This document shows positions 1-10,018 of a stretch of 64,000 bases of DNA, in pieces. Positions within the stretch are counted from its first letter, which is position 1. Every line of letters starts with the position of its first letter. A program made the translations under genes and the position numbers. The stretch is from Alloprevotella sp. Lineage in GTDB: Bacteria > Bacteroidota > Bacteroidia > Bacteroidales > Bacteroidaceae. The stretch is taken from assembly GCA_045632685.1 (NCBI GenBank), contig JAZQXB010000056.1:8738-72737 (forward strand), read 5' to 3'. The notes beneath the pieces were generated by a model. That model had not been told where the DNA came from. It did no database searches and worked only from the letters and a program-made list of their open reading frames with translations.

Positions 1-567
1 AAAGCACAAGCGGATGTCGTCGGTCAAGAGATAGAGTACACCAAGCAGGATGCCCAAGAAAATAGCGGGCACACATTGCGCCAAGTTGAAGTGGATAATC
101 CCAAAAGTGAGTGCGCTAATCAGCACCGCCCAGAGTGGACGGACATGATAGCGGTGAATAAGCGTGCGCAGGATGCCTTCGCGGAAAATCAGTTCTTCGA
201 TGAGCGGTCCTACAACCGTAAGCAACAAGATGCAAAGCACGTTTGACTTCATTGCTTCGAACATCTGCATCCTACCCTCGTCACTAAAGGAAAATGGTTT
301 GAGCAGGAGTTCCACCCCAAGTGCCATCAGCAGCATGCAAATCGCTGCGGGAATCATTCCCTTGAAGCGCTGCGTCTTCCAACTCGGTAGGCTGTTTTTG
401 CGCACCAATTTGAAGAAGGGCAATAAGAAAAACAGCAGCACATACGTCCCCAATAGCATGTAGCCATACTCTGCAAAGTCTGCACCATAGGGCACACACA
501 AGTAGTAGAGCGCCCCCGCAAAGGTTTGCGCTATAAAGTAGGAGAGTATGAGGAAAAAAATGGTCAT
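1..567 (-). CDS. CPBP family intramembrane metalloprotease (CAAX/Abi), truncated by window edge
   Basis: Not in ORF track. Hand translation from ATG at 567 gives hydrophobic MTIFFLILSYF... and the EExxxR motif GPLIEELIFREGILR; frame runs off the window. Confidence 0.85.
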   Translation of the reverse strand, partial: MTIFFLILSYFIAQTFAGALYYLCVPYGADFAEYGYMLLGTYVLLFFLLPFFKLVRKNSLPSWKTQRFKGMIPAAICMLLMALGVELLLKPFSFSDEGRMQMFEAMKSNVLCILLLTVVGPLIEELIFREGILRTLIHRYHVRPLWAVLISALTFGIIHFNLAQCVPAIFLGILLGVLYLLTDDIRLCF

Positions 568-587
568 TTGAAAGGAGAAAGACTTTT

Positions 588-727
588 AGAGTACAACTAA
601 CAGAGTACAGAGTACAACTGATGAACGAAGCAAACTGTCTTGTTAACTCGTACCAGATAACTCGTCTACTACATCATCGTTTATCTCGCAAACTATCTCG
701 TTTACTTGTTTACTAAAAACTCGTCAA
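588..727. repeat. Intergenic short tandem repeats (AGAGTAC heptamer, then CTCGTCTA-type units)
   Basis: agagtacaac/cagagtacagagtacaac followed by ctcgtctact, ctcgtttact, ctcgtcaact. Confidence 0.75.
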
Positions 728-1609
728 CTAAAACAATATCATTCTTGCCATTTCGCAGTCGGCTTTGATTTGTGCTTTCAGGTCATCAAGTGTGGCAAAA
801 CATTGTTCCTCGCGCAAGTGTGCTACGAAGTGTAAAGTGACGGAAGCACCGTAGATTTGAGCATCAAAGTCAAAGAGATGCACCTCTATGGACATGTCTT
901 GTCCGTTGTCGAGTGTGGGGCGATTGCCGATGTTCAAGACGGCGGAGTAACACTTCCCCTCAACTTCTGCCCAAACGGCGTAGACACCACCTGCGGGAAT
1001 CAACTTAAAGGGTGTATCCACGCGCAGATTGGCAGTGGGAAAACCTAATTTACGACCGACCTTGCGCCCTTCCACTACTGTTCCTTTTAACGTATAGCGT
1101 CTGCCCAAGCATTTTTCTGCCTCTGCCACATCACCTGCATAGAGCAGATTGCGCACAACGGTGCTGCTCACACGATGTTCTTCCACCTTGAAACCTTCGC
1201 AAAGGATTACTTCTATGCCAATCTCTGCTCCGTAGCGCTGATATTCGGAAAAACCCTCCTGTTGGTTGTTTCCAAAATGATGGTCATACCCAATGAGAAG
1301 ACCTGTTACGCCAAAGCGCTCTTTGAGGTAGTCCTTCATGAACTGCTGTGCCGAAAGTTGGGCAAATTCAGCGGTGAAATCGAGGAAAACAACTTCATCC
1401 ACCCCCGCTTGTTTGATGTAAATCTCCTTCTCTGCATTGCTGGTGAGCAACTGTGGTATATAGTCTTTCTGCAACACACGGCGCGGATGTTCCGTAAAGG
1501 TAATCACCATAGAGGAACAACCCTTCGCTTGCGCAACTTCAACGAGGTTGCGCAGCAAGTAGTGGTGGCCCTGGTGAACACCGTCAAAAAAACCGATGGT
1601 TGCAATCAT
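728..1609 (-). CDS. ribF: Bifunctional riboflavin kinase/FAD synthetase
   Basis: GFFDGVHQGH, GYDHHFG, GRKLGFPTAN and EVHLFDF motifs. Confidence 0.97.
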   Translation of the reverse strand: MIATIGFFDGVHQGHHYLLRNLVEVAQAKGCSSMVITFTEHPRRVLQKDYIPQLLTSNAEKEIYIKQAGVDEVVFLDFTAEFAQLSAQQFMKDYLKERFGVTGLLIGYDHHFGNNQQEGFSEYQRYGAEIGIEVILCEGFKVEEHRVSSTVVRNLLYAGDVAEAEKCLGRRYTLKGTVVEGRKVGRKLGFPTANLRVDTPFKLIPAGGVYAVWAEVEGKCYSAVLNIGNRPTLDNGQDMSIEVHLFDFDAQIYGASVTLHFVAHLREEQCFATLDDLKAQIKADCEMARMILF

Positions 1610-1619
1610 CTTGGGGATA

Positions 1620-1698
1620 GTGAGGAGTTAGTAGTGAGTAGTTAGTAGTTCTTCCATCCGGATGGTAGTTGTACTCTGTGCTCTGTGCTCTGTACTCT
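1620..1698. repeat. Two heptamer tracts (AGTTAGT; CTCTGTG) joined by palindrome CCATCCGGATGG (1654-1665)
   Basis: Read directly from sequence. Confidence 0.75.
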
Positions 1699-1700
1699 AT

Positions 1701-2312
1701 CTACAACAACGCTTCTGCCGTAGGTAACCAAGCGCTGTTTGCAGGGGCAAGCACCGCTTGAAGTCCGCACTTACGGGCGGCTTCACAGTTTACTTCCGAA
1801 TCATCAAAGAAGAGAATGTCGTCAGCAGGGCAACCAATGCCTGCAACGACCTTTTCAAAGATTTCGGGATGAGGCTTTTCTACGCCGAGTTCGCAGCTGA
1901 GGAACACTTTGTCAAAGAAGTCCTTAACCTGTAATCCCTTGTAGCGGAAATATCCGTTCTCCGCCATGCTCCAGTGCACGGGATTCGTGTTTGAAAGCAC
2001 ATGAAGGGTGTATTTCTCCTTCAAGCGGAGCAACATTTCAAGGCGCTCTACGGGTACATCCAACAAGTAGCGTTCCCATGCGCCAACGATTTGTTCATTG
2101 GTCAAGGCAGGGTTATTGCTCTTCTCACGAATGATGTCGCAGAACTCCTCTGTTGTAATCGTTCCACGTTCAAAGTCGGAGAAGAAACCGCCCTGTTGGT
2201 AGGTGCCGAGGTAGGGCACGATGTCAAAACCGAGTTCGGCAAAAGCCTTGATACAGCGTTGCTTGTCGAGGTCAACAAGTACACCGCCAAAGTCGAAAAG
2301 CAGGTGTTGCAT
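1701..2312 (-). CDS. HAD family phosphatase (YihX-like)
   Basis: FDFGGVL motif I, LSNTN, EKP and FFDD motifs. Confidence 0.92.
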   Translation of the reverse strand: MQHLLFDFGGVLVDLDKQRCIKAFAELGFDIVPYLGTYQQGGFFSDFERGTITTEEFCDIIREKSNNPALTNEQIVGAWERYLLDVPVERLEMLLRLKEKYTLHVLSNTNPVHWSMAENGYFRYKGLQVKDFFDKVFLSCELGVEKPHPEIFEKVVAGIGCPADDILFFDDSEVNCEAARKCGLQAVLAPANSAWLPTAEALL

Positions 2313-2505
2313 GAGGAGTTAAGGTTATAAGGTTATGAGGTTTTAAGGTTTTGAGGGACTGTCCAGTCTGCGATTCTGTAGTTATGAGGTTTTATGGGAC
2401 TATCCAGTCTGCAATTCTGTAGTTGTAAGGTTGTAAGGGAAAATTCCAATCTGCATAGCCTTAGAACCTTAAAGCGAAGCGACCTTAAAACCTCATAACC
2501 TCCCA
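2313..2505. repeat. TAAGGTT/AACCTTA heptamer tracts in inverted arrangement with an internal ~41 bp duplication
   Basis: GGGACT(G/A)TCCAGTCTGC(G/A)ATTCTGTAGTT occurs at about 2356 and 2396; G-rich tract on the left, C-rich tract on the right. Confidence 0.75.
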
Positions 2506-2506
2506 A

Positions 2507-3742
2507 CTAATCATTCGGAACAATCTTATAAAGTTTATCAGATGGGCGTACCTTTTCAGGAACCTTGATGGCGATGTACTCGCCCTTCTTGGCGCTCTGA
2601 ACAGGTCCGTTGGTGTGGATTTCTTCTGCCGTGACGAAGATAATGCCAGTGGTGGGGCCCGTAATGAGTAACTTATCGCCCACATTCAGTTCACCCGCCT
2701 CAATCAAAAATTCCGCTACGCCGAGTTTAGAAAAGTATTTGATGTTCTTACCAATATAGGTCTTCTTCTCCGTAGCGTTAGAACCGTATTTCTTACTCCA
2801 TTCACCAAGGCGCTGTCCTTGATAATAACCATCCCAAAAGCCGCGGTTGAAGACTGTTGTGAGTTCGGCATCCCATTCCGCAATGCGCTCCTCGGTGTAA
2901 GTGCCATCGAGCACCGCTTGAATGGCTTCCTTGTAACACTTCACCACCTTGTAAACATATTCCGCACTGCGCGCACGGCCTTCTATCTTGAAGACGCGCA
3001 CACCTGCGTGCATCATCTTATCAATAAAGCCTACGGTCTTCAAGTCCTTGGGACTCATGATGTACTTATTATCCACGGCGAGTTCAACACCCGTTTCGCG
3101 GTCGGTAACGATGTAACCACGGCGACATACTTGCATGCACTCGCCACGATTTGCCGAACGGCCGAGATTGTCGAGCGAAAGGTAGCACTTGCCACTCACC
3201 GCCATGCACAAAGCTCCGTGGCAGAACATTTCAATTCGGATGCGCTCGCCACGAGGTCCGCGAATGTCCTGACGCTCTATCTCATCGTAGATTTCACGAA
3301 CCTGATCCATGTTCAGTTCTCTCGCCAAAACGACCACGTCTGCGTAGCGGGCATAGAATTTCAAGGCTTCGATGTTCGAGATGTTGAGTTGCGTAGAAAG
3401 GTGAATCTCCTGACCAATTTCATGACAGTAGGTAAGCACGGCTACGTCACTTGCGATGACGGCAGAGATACCCGCTTCTTTTGCGGCATCACAAATTTTG
3501 CGCATCATGGGGAGGTCTTCGCCGTAGATAATGGTATTTACGGTGAGGTAAGACTTCACCCCGCGCTCGTTGCAGAGTTCCGCAATTTCGCGCAAGTCGG
3601 CAATGGTGAACTTTGTGGCAGAGTGCGCACGCATGTTCAGACTCTCAATGCCGAAGTATATAGAGTCGGCACCAGCTTTGAGAGCCGCGTGAAGGGATTC
3701 GCGCGACCCGACGGGCGCCATTATTTCATAGTTGCTAATCAT
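2507..3742 (-). CDS. U32 family peptidase (TrhP/YegQ-like RNA hydroxylation protein)
   Basis: EIMAPVG, GADSIY, EMFCHGALC..SG.C, C.Q.CR and FKIEGR motifs. Confidence 0.92.
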   Translation of the reverse strand: MISNYEIMAPVGSRESLHAALKAGADSIYFGIESLNMRAHSATKFTIADLREIAELCNERGVKSYLTVNTIIYGEDLPMMRKICDAAKEAGISAVIASDVAVLTYCHEIGQEIHLSTQLNISNIEALKFYARYADVVVLARELNMDQVREIYDEIERQDIRGPRGERIRIEMFCHGALCMAVSGKCYLSLDNLGRSANRGECMQVCRRGYIVTDRETGVELAVDNKYIMSPKDLKTVGFIDKMMHAGVRVFKIEGRARSAEYVYKVVKCYKEAIQAVLDGTYTEERIAEWDAELTTVFNRGFWDGYYQGQRLGEWSKKYGSNATEKKTYIGKNIKYFSKLGVAEFLIEAGELNVGDKLLITGPTTGIIFVTAEEIHTNGPVQSAKKGEYIAIKVPEKVRPSDKLYKIVPND

Positions 3743-3876
3743 AGGAGGTTATGAGGTTATAAGGGATGAGGAAATGAGGGGCTTTAAGGTCCTTAAGGTC
3801 TCAAAAGTCTTTAAGGTTAAGCACACGTTGAATGCGTGTGACTTTCTGGTCTACTTGTACCTCGTATACTCGTCTA

Positions 3877-4647
3877 CTAAAATATGGTTGTGCCACCGTC
3901 TTTTCCAATAGCGTCAGCCTTTGTAATAACCACCTCTTTGACCCCAGCGTTTACCGCTTGAAGGGCATTCTCAATCTTGGGAATCATCCCGCCAGAGATA
4001 GTGCCGTCGGCAACAAGTGCTTGGAACGATTCGGCATTGATAGTGGGAATCACAGAAGTCTCATCCTCGGGATTGCGCATCACTCCAGGGAACTCAAAGC
4101 AATAAACGAGGGTCGTGTCAAAGTGTTGCGCGCAGGCCTTTGCCGTTTCACCCGCAATCGTATCGGCATTCGTGTTGAGCAAGTTACCTTCGCCGTCGTG
4201 CGTAAGAGGTGCCATGACGGGTGTTACTCCCGAACGAATCAGCGAAGCCAAACGAGCACCGTCGGCTTCTTTCACGTCGCCCACGAAACCGTAATCAACA
4301 TCCTTTACAGGGCGCTTTTGCGAGCGAATCACGTTCATGTCTGCGCCTGTAAGTCCAAGGGCATTCACACCATGTGCTTGAAGACCAGCAACAATACGCT
4401 TGTTTACCAATCCTCCATACACCATCGTTACGACCTCAAGCATCGCCTGGTCGGTAACGCGACGGCCGTTGACCATTGTAGTTTCAATGCCCAAACGTGC
4501 GGCAATGTCTGTAGCTGTTCTGCCGCCACCATGCACCAAGAGTTTATATCCCTCAATGGCAGAAAAGTCTTTAAGCAGTGAAGCAAGACTGTCGCTATTT
4601 TCGACAATCTTGCCACCCACTTTTATGATTGTAAGTTTATCTTTCAT
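3877..4647 (-). CDS. argB: Acetylglutamate kinase
   Basis: IKVGG, VHGGG, GRRVTD, NTNADT and GGMIPK motifs. Start moved to MKDKL (4647) because the longer ORF reads through a heptamer tract. Confidence 0.96.
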   Translation of the reverse strand: MKDKLTIIKVGGKIVENSDSLASLLKDFSAIEGYKLLVHGGGRTATDIAARLGIETTMVNGRRVTDQAMLEVVTMVYGGLVNKRIVAGLQAHGVNALGLTGADMNVIRSQKRPVKDVDYGFVGDVKEADGARLASLIRSGVTPVMAPLTHDGEGNLLNTNADTIAGETAKACAQHFDTTLVYCFEFPGVMRNPEDETSVIPTINAESFQALVADGTISGGMIPKIENALQAVNAGVKEVVITKADAIGKDGGTTIF

Positions 4648-4766
4648 AAATAGGTTATGAGGTTTGAGGTTATGAGGTCTGGGGTCGAGGTGATAAGATT
4701 CCATTCGGTCAGCATCGTCCTAAAATCTTAAAACCTGCAAGCGCAGCGACCTTCAACCTTATAACC

Positions 4767-6659
4767 TTATTCAAGATACGTGTATCCGTAGAGACCTGCA
4801 CGGTAATTGGAAATAAATTCCTTACCTTCCGCCTCGGTGATTTTACCTTCCTTAATGGCCTTGCTCACCCAGATTTCAAGGCGACGCACTAACTTCTTGG
4901 GATCATACTGTACGTATTCCAAAACGTCAGCAACGGTTTCCCCGTCAATCGTGCGCTCTATGACATAACCATCTTTATCAACCGAAAGGTGGACAGCGTT
5001 AGTATCGCCAAAGAGGTTGTGCATGTTACCCAAAATTTCCTGATACGCACCCACGAGGAACACACCGATGTAGTAGTGCTCGCCATTCTTCATTGCGTGA
5101 AGAGGAATGTAATTCGTCTGCTGGTTGTGATTCACATACGCACAGATCTTACCGTCCGAGTCACAGGTAATATCTTGAATGGTAGCGCTACGTGTGGGAC
5201 GCTCGTTGAGGCGTGAAATCGGCATGATGGGGAAGAGTTGGTCGATACCCCAAGAGTCGGGCATAGACTGGAAGAGTGAGAAGTTGCAGAAGTACTTGTC
5301 GGACATCTCCTTATCCAACTTGCGCAATTCTTCGGGAGCGTGCTTCTGATGGTGTACCAATTCCGCTACTTCACGAGAAATCGCCCAGTAGAGACTCTCA
5401 ATCTGTGCACGCGTTTTGAGGTCGATGATGCCGTGGCGGAAGAGGTCGAGCGCTTCTTCGCGAATGTCTTCAGCGTCGTGCCAGTCTTCAAGCATCGAAC
5501 GCGAAGAAAGTTTGTCCCAAATTTCTGTGAGGTCGTGCACCAACTTATGGTCGTTCTCGCCAGGCTGGAAGTCCTCGGGCATCTGCGGAACACTCACACT
5601 TTCAAGCGTGTCAATGATGAGCACAGAGTGGTGTGCTGTCAACGAACGTCCACCTTCGGTAATGATGTTGGGGTGGGGGATGTTGTTTTTGTTTGCTGCT
5701 TCCACGAACGTGTAAACGCAGTCGTTGACATACTCCTGAATGCTATAGTTTACCGAACTTTCAGAGTTGCTGGAACGCGTACCGTCGTAGTCTACACCAA
5801 GACCACCACCGCAGTCTACAAACTTCACGTTGAAACCCATAGCGTTGAGTTGCACATAGAACTGTGCAGCTTCGCGAAGGGCTGTTGAGATACGGCGAAT
5901 CTTTGTAATCTGCGAACCAATGTGGAAGTGCATCAACTGAAGGCATTCGCGCATACCCATCTTGTCGAGCATTTCAAGGGCTTGGAGGAGTTCGGAAGAG
6001 TTAAGACCGAACTTTGAGGCGTCGCCACCACTTTCCTGCCACTTTCCCGAACCGTTGGAAGCCAACTTAATACGCACACCGAGGTTGGGGCGTACACCTA
6101 ACTTCTCTGCGGTTTCTGCGATAATCTTTAATTCAGGGAGTTTTTCAATAACGAGGAACACGCGCTTGCCCATCTTCTGTGCGAGCAGCGCCATCTCGAT
6201 AAAGTTCTGGTCCTTGTGACCGTTACAGATAATGAGCGAGTCAGAATCCATATTTGTTGCCAATACGGCATGGAGTTCAGGCTTCGAACCCGCTTCAAGT
6301 CCGAGGTTGTATTTCTTACCGTGAGAAATGATTTCCTCAACGACAGGGCGCATCTGATTCACCTTAATAGGGAAGATGATAAAGTGGTCGCCCTGGAAAT
6401 TATATTCTTTACCTGCCTTTACAAAGCATTCGTTGGTCTTCTCGATACGGTTATCAAGAATGTCAGGGAAGCGAAGGAGAACGGGCGCCTGAATGTGGCG
6501 CGTAGCCAGTTCGTCAATCACTTCCTTAAGGTCTATCTGTACACCATCCTTACGGGGCGCAACGTACACGTTTCCCTTATCGTTGATGCCAAAATAGTTT
6601 ACGCCCCATCCTTTGATGTTGTAGAGCTCTTCAGAATCTTCAATTCGCCATTTACGCAT
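4767..6659 (-). CDS. speA: Biosynthetic arginine decarboxylase
   Basis: FPIKVNQ PLP lysine, EAGSKPE, HFHIGSQ, DCGGGLG, NFSLFQS and DITCDSDG motifs. Confidence 0.97.
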   Translation of the reverse strand: MRKWRIEDSEELYNIKGWGVNYFGINDKGNVYVAPRKDGVQIDLKEVIDELATRHIQAPVLLRFPDILDNRIEKTNECFVKAGKEYNFQGDHFIIFPIKVNQMRPVVEEIISHGKKYNLGLEAGSKPELHAVLATNMDSDSLIICNGHKDQNFIEMALLAQKMGKRVFLVIEKLPELKIIAETAEKLGVRPNLGVRIKLASNGSGKWQESGGDASKFGLNSSELLQALEMLDKMGMRECLQLMHFHIGSQITKIRRISTALREAAQFYVQLNAMGFNVKFVDCGGGLGVDYDGTRSSNSESSVNYSIQEYVNDCVYTFVEAANKNNIPHPNIITEGGRSLTAHHSVLIIDTLESVSVPQMPEDFQPGENDHKLVHDLTEIWDKLSSRSMLEDWHDAEDIREEALDLFRHGIIDLKTRAQIESLYWAISREVAELVHHQKHAPEELRKLDKEMSDKYFCNFSLFQSMPDSWGIDQLFPIMPISRLNERPTRSATIQDITCDSDGKICAYVNHNQQTNYIPLHAMKNGEHYYIGVFLVGAYQEILGNMHNLFGDTNAVHLSVDKDGYVIERTIDGETVADVLEYVQYDPKKLVRRLEIWVSKAIKEGKITEAEGKEFISNYRAGLYGYTYLE

Positions 6660-6669
6660 AATGATTGAG

Positions 6670-6787
6670 ATTTTAGAGGGGTGGAGTGGAAAAGTGGGTA
6701 GAGGGGGTTAAAAGTCTTTAGGGTCTTTAAGGTCCTTAAAACCTCATAACCTCATAACCTTATAACCTCAACCCTCAAACCTCAACC
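6670..6787. repeat. Inverted G-rich/C-rich short tandem tracts (TTTAAGGTC nonamer; ATAACCT heptamer)
   Basis: Read directly from the aroK-speA spacer. Confidence 0.7.
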
Positions 6788-7309
6788 CATAATTAAATTC
6801 TTGATGGTTGATGCCACATCATTCACGCGCTGTGCGTCATGAAGTACATCAATATTTACGGTATATTGTGCTTGCGCGTAGTAAGGTTCGCGCGCTGCCA
6901 ATTGTTCGGTTACAAAGGTGCGCAATTCTTCCTCACTCTTACCCGTGAGCAAGGGGCGCTCGCCTTTGCTGATTCGTAGGTGTTCCAAGACTGTTTCAAC
7001 CGATGCTTTCATATAAACGGTTGTTGCCGTCTCGTTCAAATAGGTCATATTGTCAAAGAAGCAGGGGGTACCTCCACCGCAGGAAACTACCACATTCTCA
7101 AACTCCGCCACCTCGTGGAGCATGCGACGTTCCAGGTCGCGGAACTTTTCTTCGCCCTGTTCGGCAAAAATCTGCGGCACCTTTTTGCGGAAGCGCTCTT
7201 CAATGTACCAGTCAAGGTCATAGAAACTGCATCCTAATTGCTTGGCCAGTGAGCGCCCCACAGTGGTCTTTCCCACGCACATATATCCAACAATAACAAT
7301 TGCCTTCAT
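6782..7309 (-). CDS. aroK: Shikimate kinase
   Basis: GYMCVGKTT P-loop, DLD, FR.LE, CGGGTP and RPLL motifs. Confidence 0.96.
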   Translation of the reverse strand: MKAIVIVGYMCVGKTTVGRSLAKQLGCSFYDLDWYIEERFRKKVPQIFAEQGEEKFRDLERRMLHEVAEFENVVVSCGGGTPCFFDNMTYLNETATTVYMKASVETVLEHLRISKGERPLLTGKSEEELRTFVTEQLAAREPYYAQAQYTVNIDVLHDAQRVNDVASTIKNLIMG

Positions 7310-7325
7310 AGTTGCCCGTGGGTGG

Positions 7326-9665
7326 TTACTTCTTCTTTTTCTTCTTCTCGCCTTCCGCTTCTACGTGCTTCAAGCATTCCTCGTAGGTCAAGTCTGCCGC
7401 CTTTGCCGCCTGTGCCTTCGAGAGTTTGTAGTTCACTCCCTTGTATGCTACGTAGGGACCGAAGCGACCGTTCTTGACTTCCATTTCGGGGTCTTCGTCA
7501 AACTTCTTCACCACAGCCTTGACTTCAGCATCGCGCTTTTCCTGAATCAACTCAATAGCGCGTTCCAAGGTTACACTCATGGGGTCTTCGCCCTTGGGCA
7601 GTGACACAAACTTCTTATTGTGCTGAATATAGGGACCGAAGCGACCTGTGTTAACAACGATGGCGTGTTCTTCAAAGTCACCCAACGTACGGGGCAACTT
7701 AAAGAGTTCGAGTGCTTCTTCAAGAGTCACGGTGCTCATGCTGAGCGATTTGCCGAGAGATGCAAACATGGGCTTTTCGTCGCCACCAGCTTCGCCCACT
7801 TGAACCATCGGACCGAAACGACCGATCTTTACCATCACGCGCTTACCGCTGACGGGGTCAACGCCAAGGTCGCGTTCGCCCACCTTCTTTTCTGTGCGCT
7901 CCTGAATAACGCGTTCTACCTGTGGGTCAAAGTCGTTGTAGAAGGTTTTGATCAACTCCTGCCAATTCTTCTTCCCCTCTGCCACAGCGTCAAAGTCTTG
8001 TTCTACATGCGCCGTGAAGTTGTAGTTCATAATATCGGGGAAGTTAACGAGCAAGAAGTCGTTGACGATGCAACCTGTATCTGTGGGCACCAACTTACCC
8101 TTCATAGAACCTACAGATTCACTCTTCTGAACACTCTTAATCTTACCCTTCTTAAGTGTCATGATGGTGTACTCACGCTTGATGCCTTCGCCATCACCCT
8201 TTGCCACGTATTCGCGTTGCTGAATCGTTGAAATAGTGGGGGCATAGGTAGAGGGGCGTCCAATACCGAGTTCTTCCAACTTATGCACGAGTGAAGCTTC
8301 CGTATATCGGGGAGGTGCTTGTGTGAAGCGCTGCGTAGCAACTACTTCTTCTTGTTTTAGGACATCCCCTTCGTTTAATGCGGGGAGTAATGTACCTTCG
8401 TCGCTGTCTTGATCGTTGTCGGCATCACTGCTTTCACGATATACCTGAAGGAAACCATCGAAGATGACCACTTCGCCCTGTGCTACGAAATTGAGCGGAG
8501 AAACCTTTCCTTCTGCATCAAGCATGTCGATGGTGATGGTTGTCTTTTCCAACTGCGCATCCGCCATCTGGCAGGCGATAGTGCGCTTCCAAATAAGGTT
8601 GTAGAGACGCTTTTCCTGTACAGACCCCGTAATGGTATCGTTTTCCATGTAGGTAGGACGGATGGCTTCGTGCGCCTCCTGTGCACCCTTGGTCTTTGTC
8701 TGATACGTGCGACGCTTGTGATACTCACTACCCATCTGCTCTACAATCACCTTCTTCGAAGAGTTGAGGCAGAGCTGTGAGAGGTTCATTGAGTCCGTAC
8801 GCATGTAGGTAATATGTCCGCTTTCATAAAGCGACTGTGCTACGCGCATGGTAAGTGCTACAGGGTAGCCCAACTTGCGTGCGGCTTCCTGCTGGAGTGT
8901 GGACGTTGTGAAGGGAGGTGCAGGTACGCGCTTGGTGGGGCGCTTGGTTATCTGTGCCACGCGGAATGATGAGGCGGTGCAGGAATTCAAGAATGCCTCC
9001 GCCTCTTCGGGCGTGTTGAAGCGCTGTGAAAGTTCAGCCTTAATGGTGGCTACCGTACCATCTTCTTGGGGAACGGAGAACGTGGCAGTAATCTTGTAGC
9101 CTGACTCTGCTACAAACGAACTTATCTCGCGTTCGCGCTCCACAATGAGGCGTACGGCCACACTCTGCACACGACCGGCTGAAAGACTCGGACGCACCTT
9201 GCGCCAAAGTACGGGTGAAAGTTTGAAACCTACCAGGCGGTCCAACACGCGGCGTGCCTGCTGTGCATCTACCAGGTTGAGGTCAATGCTGCGGGGGTGC
9301 TTGATGGCTTCAAGGATTGCGGGCTTCGTAATTTCGTGAAACACGATACGCTTCGCCTGCGCAGGGTTGATGTTTAATACTTCCGCAAGGTGCCATGAAA
9401 TAGCTTCTCCCTCGCGGTCTTCATCGGATGCGAGCCACACATTCTCTGCTTTCTTCGCTGCGGCGCGAAGATCGCTCACTACGTGTTGCTTGTCGGAGGG
9501 TATCTCATATTCCGGCTGGAACGTGTTGAGGTTCACACCGAAATCCTTCTTCTTTAAGTCGCGAATGTGTCCGAAACTGGACAAGACTTTGTAGTCATCC
9601 CCCAAGAATTTTTCAATAGTTTTTGCCTTGGCGGGAGACTCAACAATTACAAGATTCTTTTGCAT
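7326..9665 (-). CDS. topA: DNA topoisomerase I
   Basis: IVESPAKAKTI, DEDREGE, SAGRVQS, ITYMRTD and GIGRPSTY motifs, with C-terminal GRFGP repeats. Confidence 0.98.
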   Translation of the reverse strand: MQKNLVIVESPAKAKTIEKFLGDDYKVLSSFGHIRDLKKKDFGVNLNTFQPEYEIPSDKQHVVSDLRAAAKKAENVWLASDEDREGEAISWHLAEVLNINPAQAKRIVFHEITKPAILEAIKHPRSIDLNLVDAQQARRVLDRLVGFKLSPVLWRKVRPSLSAGRVQSVAVRLIVEREREISSFVAESGYKITATFSVPQEDGTVATIKAELSQRFNTPEEAEAFLNSCTASSFRVAQITKRPTKRVPAPPFTTSTLQQEAARKLGYPVALTMRVAQSLYESGHITYMRTDSMNLSQLCLNSSKKVIVEQMGSEYHKRRTYQTKTKGAQEAHEAIRPTYMENDTITGSVQEKRLYNLIWKRTIACQMADAQLEKTTITIDMLDAEGKVSPLNFVAQGEVVIFDGFLQVYRESSDADNDQDSDEGTLLPALNEGDVLKQEEVVATQRFTQAPPRYTEASLVHKLEELGIGRPSTYAPTISTIQQREYVAKGDGEGIKREYTIMTLKKGKIKSVQKSESVGSMKGKLVPTDTGCIVNDFLLVNFPDIMNYNFTAHVEQDFDAVAEGKKNWQELIKTFYNDFDPQVERVIQERTEKKVGERDLGVDPVSGKRVMVKIGRFGPMVQVGEAGGDEKPMFASLGKSLSMSTVTLEEALELFKLPRTLGDFEEHAIVVNTGRFGPYIQHNKKFVSLPKGEDPMSVTLERAIELIQEKRDAEVKAVVKKFDEDPEMEVKNGRFGPYVAYKGVNYKLSKAQAAKAADLTYEECLKHVEAEGEKKKKKK

Positions 9666-9684
9666 AGTCAAGTTTATTTTGGCG

Positions 9685-9692
9685 CAAAAGTA
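9685..9692 (-). promoter_or_regulatory. Bacteroidetes -7 promoter element (TACTTTTG) for topA
   Basis: Matches the TAnnTTTG consensus just upstream of the start codon. Confidence 0.7.
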
Positions 9693-9829
9693 GAAAAAAA
9701 TATTATACTACACATTATATATAGCGTTTTTTTAAATGAGAAATGAGAAATGAGAAAGGAGAAAGACCATGCGGGGGATAACTTTTTAGGTGAATAATCA
9801 ATACCTAAACCTCTCACGCAGATTTTTCC

Positions 9830-9919
9830 TTTAATCCCGCTTTGCGGTCTTGAATCTGCTTACGCTCGGCAACGCTCAAGTAAACTTGGCGCTGCTCTCG
9901 CTCACTCGCAGATTTCTCC
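9830..9919 (+). repeat. 90-bp hairpin repeat family B, copy 1
   Basis: TTTAATCCCGCTTTGCGGTCTTGAATCTGC...GCAGATTTCTCC; near-identical to 10857-10946 and 10947-11036. Confidence 0.92.
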
Positions 9920-9979
9920 TTTTTCCTTTCTCCTTTCTCATTTCCTTTCTCCTCTCTTTCGCGTGTAAAAATAAATAAG

Positions 9980-9987
9980 TAATTTTG
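9980..9987 (+). promoter_or_regulatory. -7 promoter element (TAATTTTG) for sufC
   Basis: TAnnTTTG about 30 bp before the ATG. Confidence 0.7.
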
Positions 9988-10018
9988 CCCGTTATAATCC
10001 GGAAAATCCATAAAAACT

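Noticed and set aside
2819..3754. Long antisense ORFs (also 11905-12780, 32257-33135, 52225-53199 and others)
   Set aside because: They are shadow frames of well-supported genes with no recognisable motifs.
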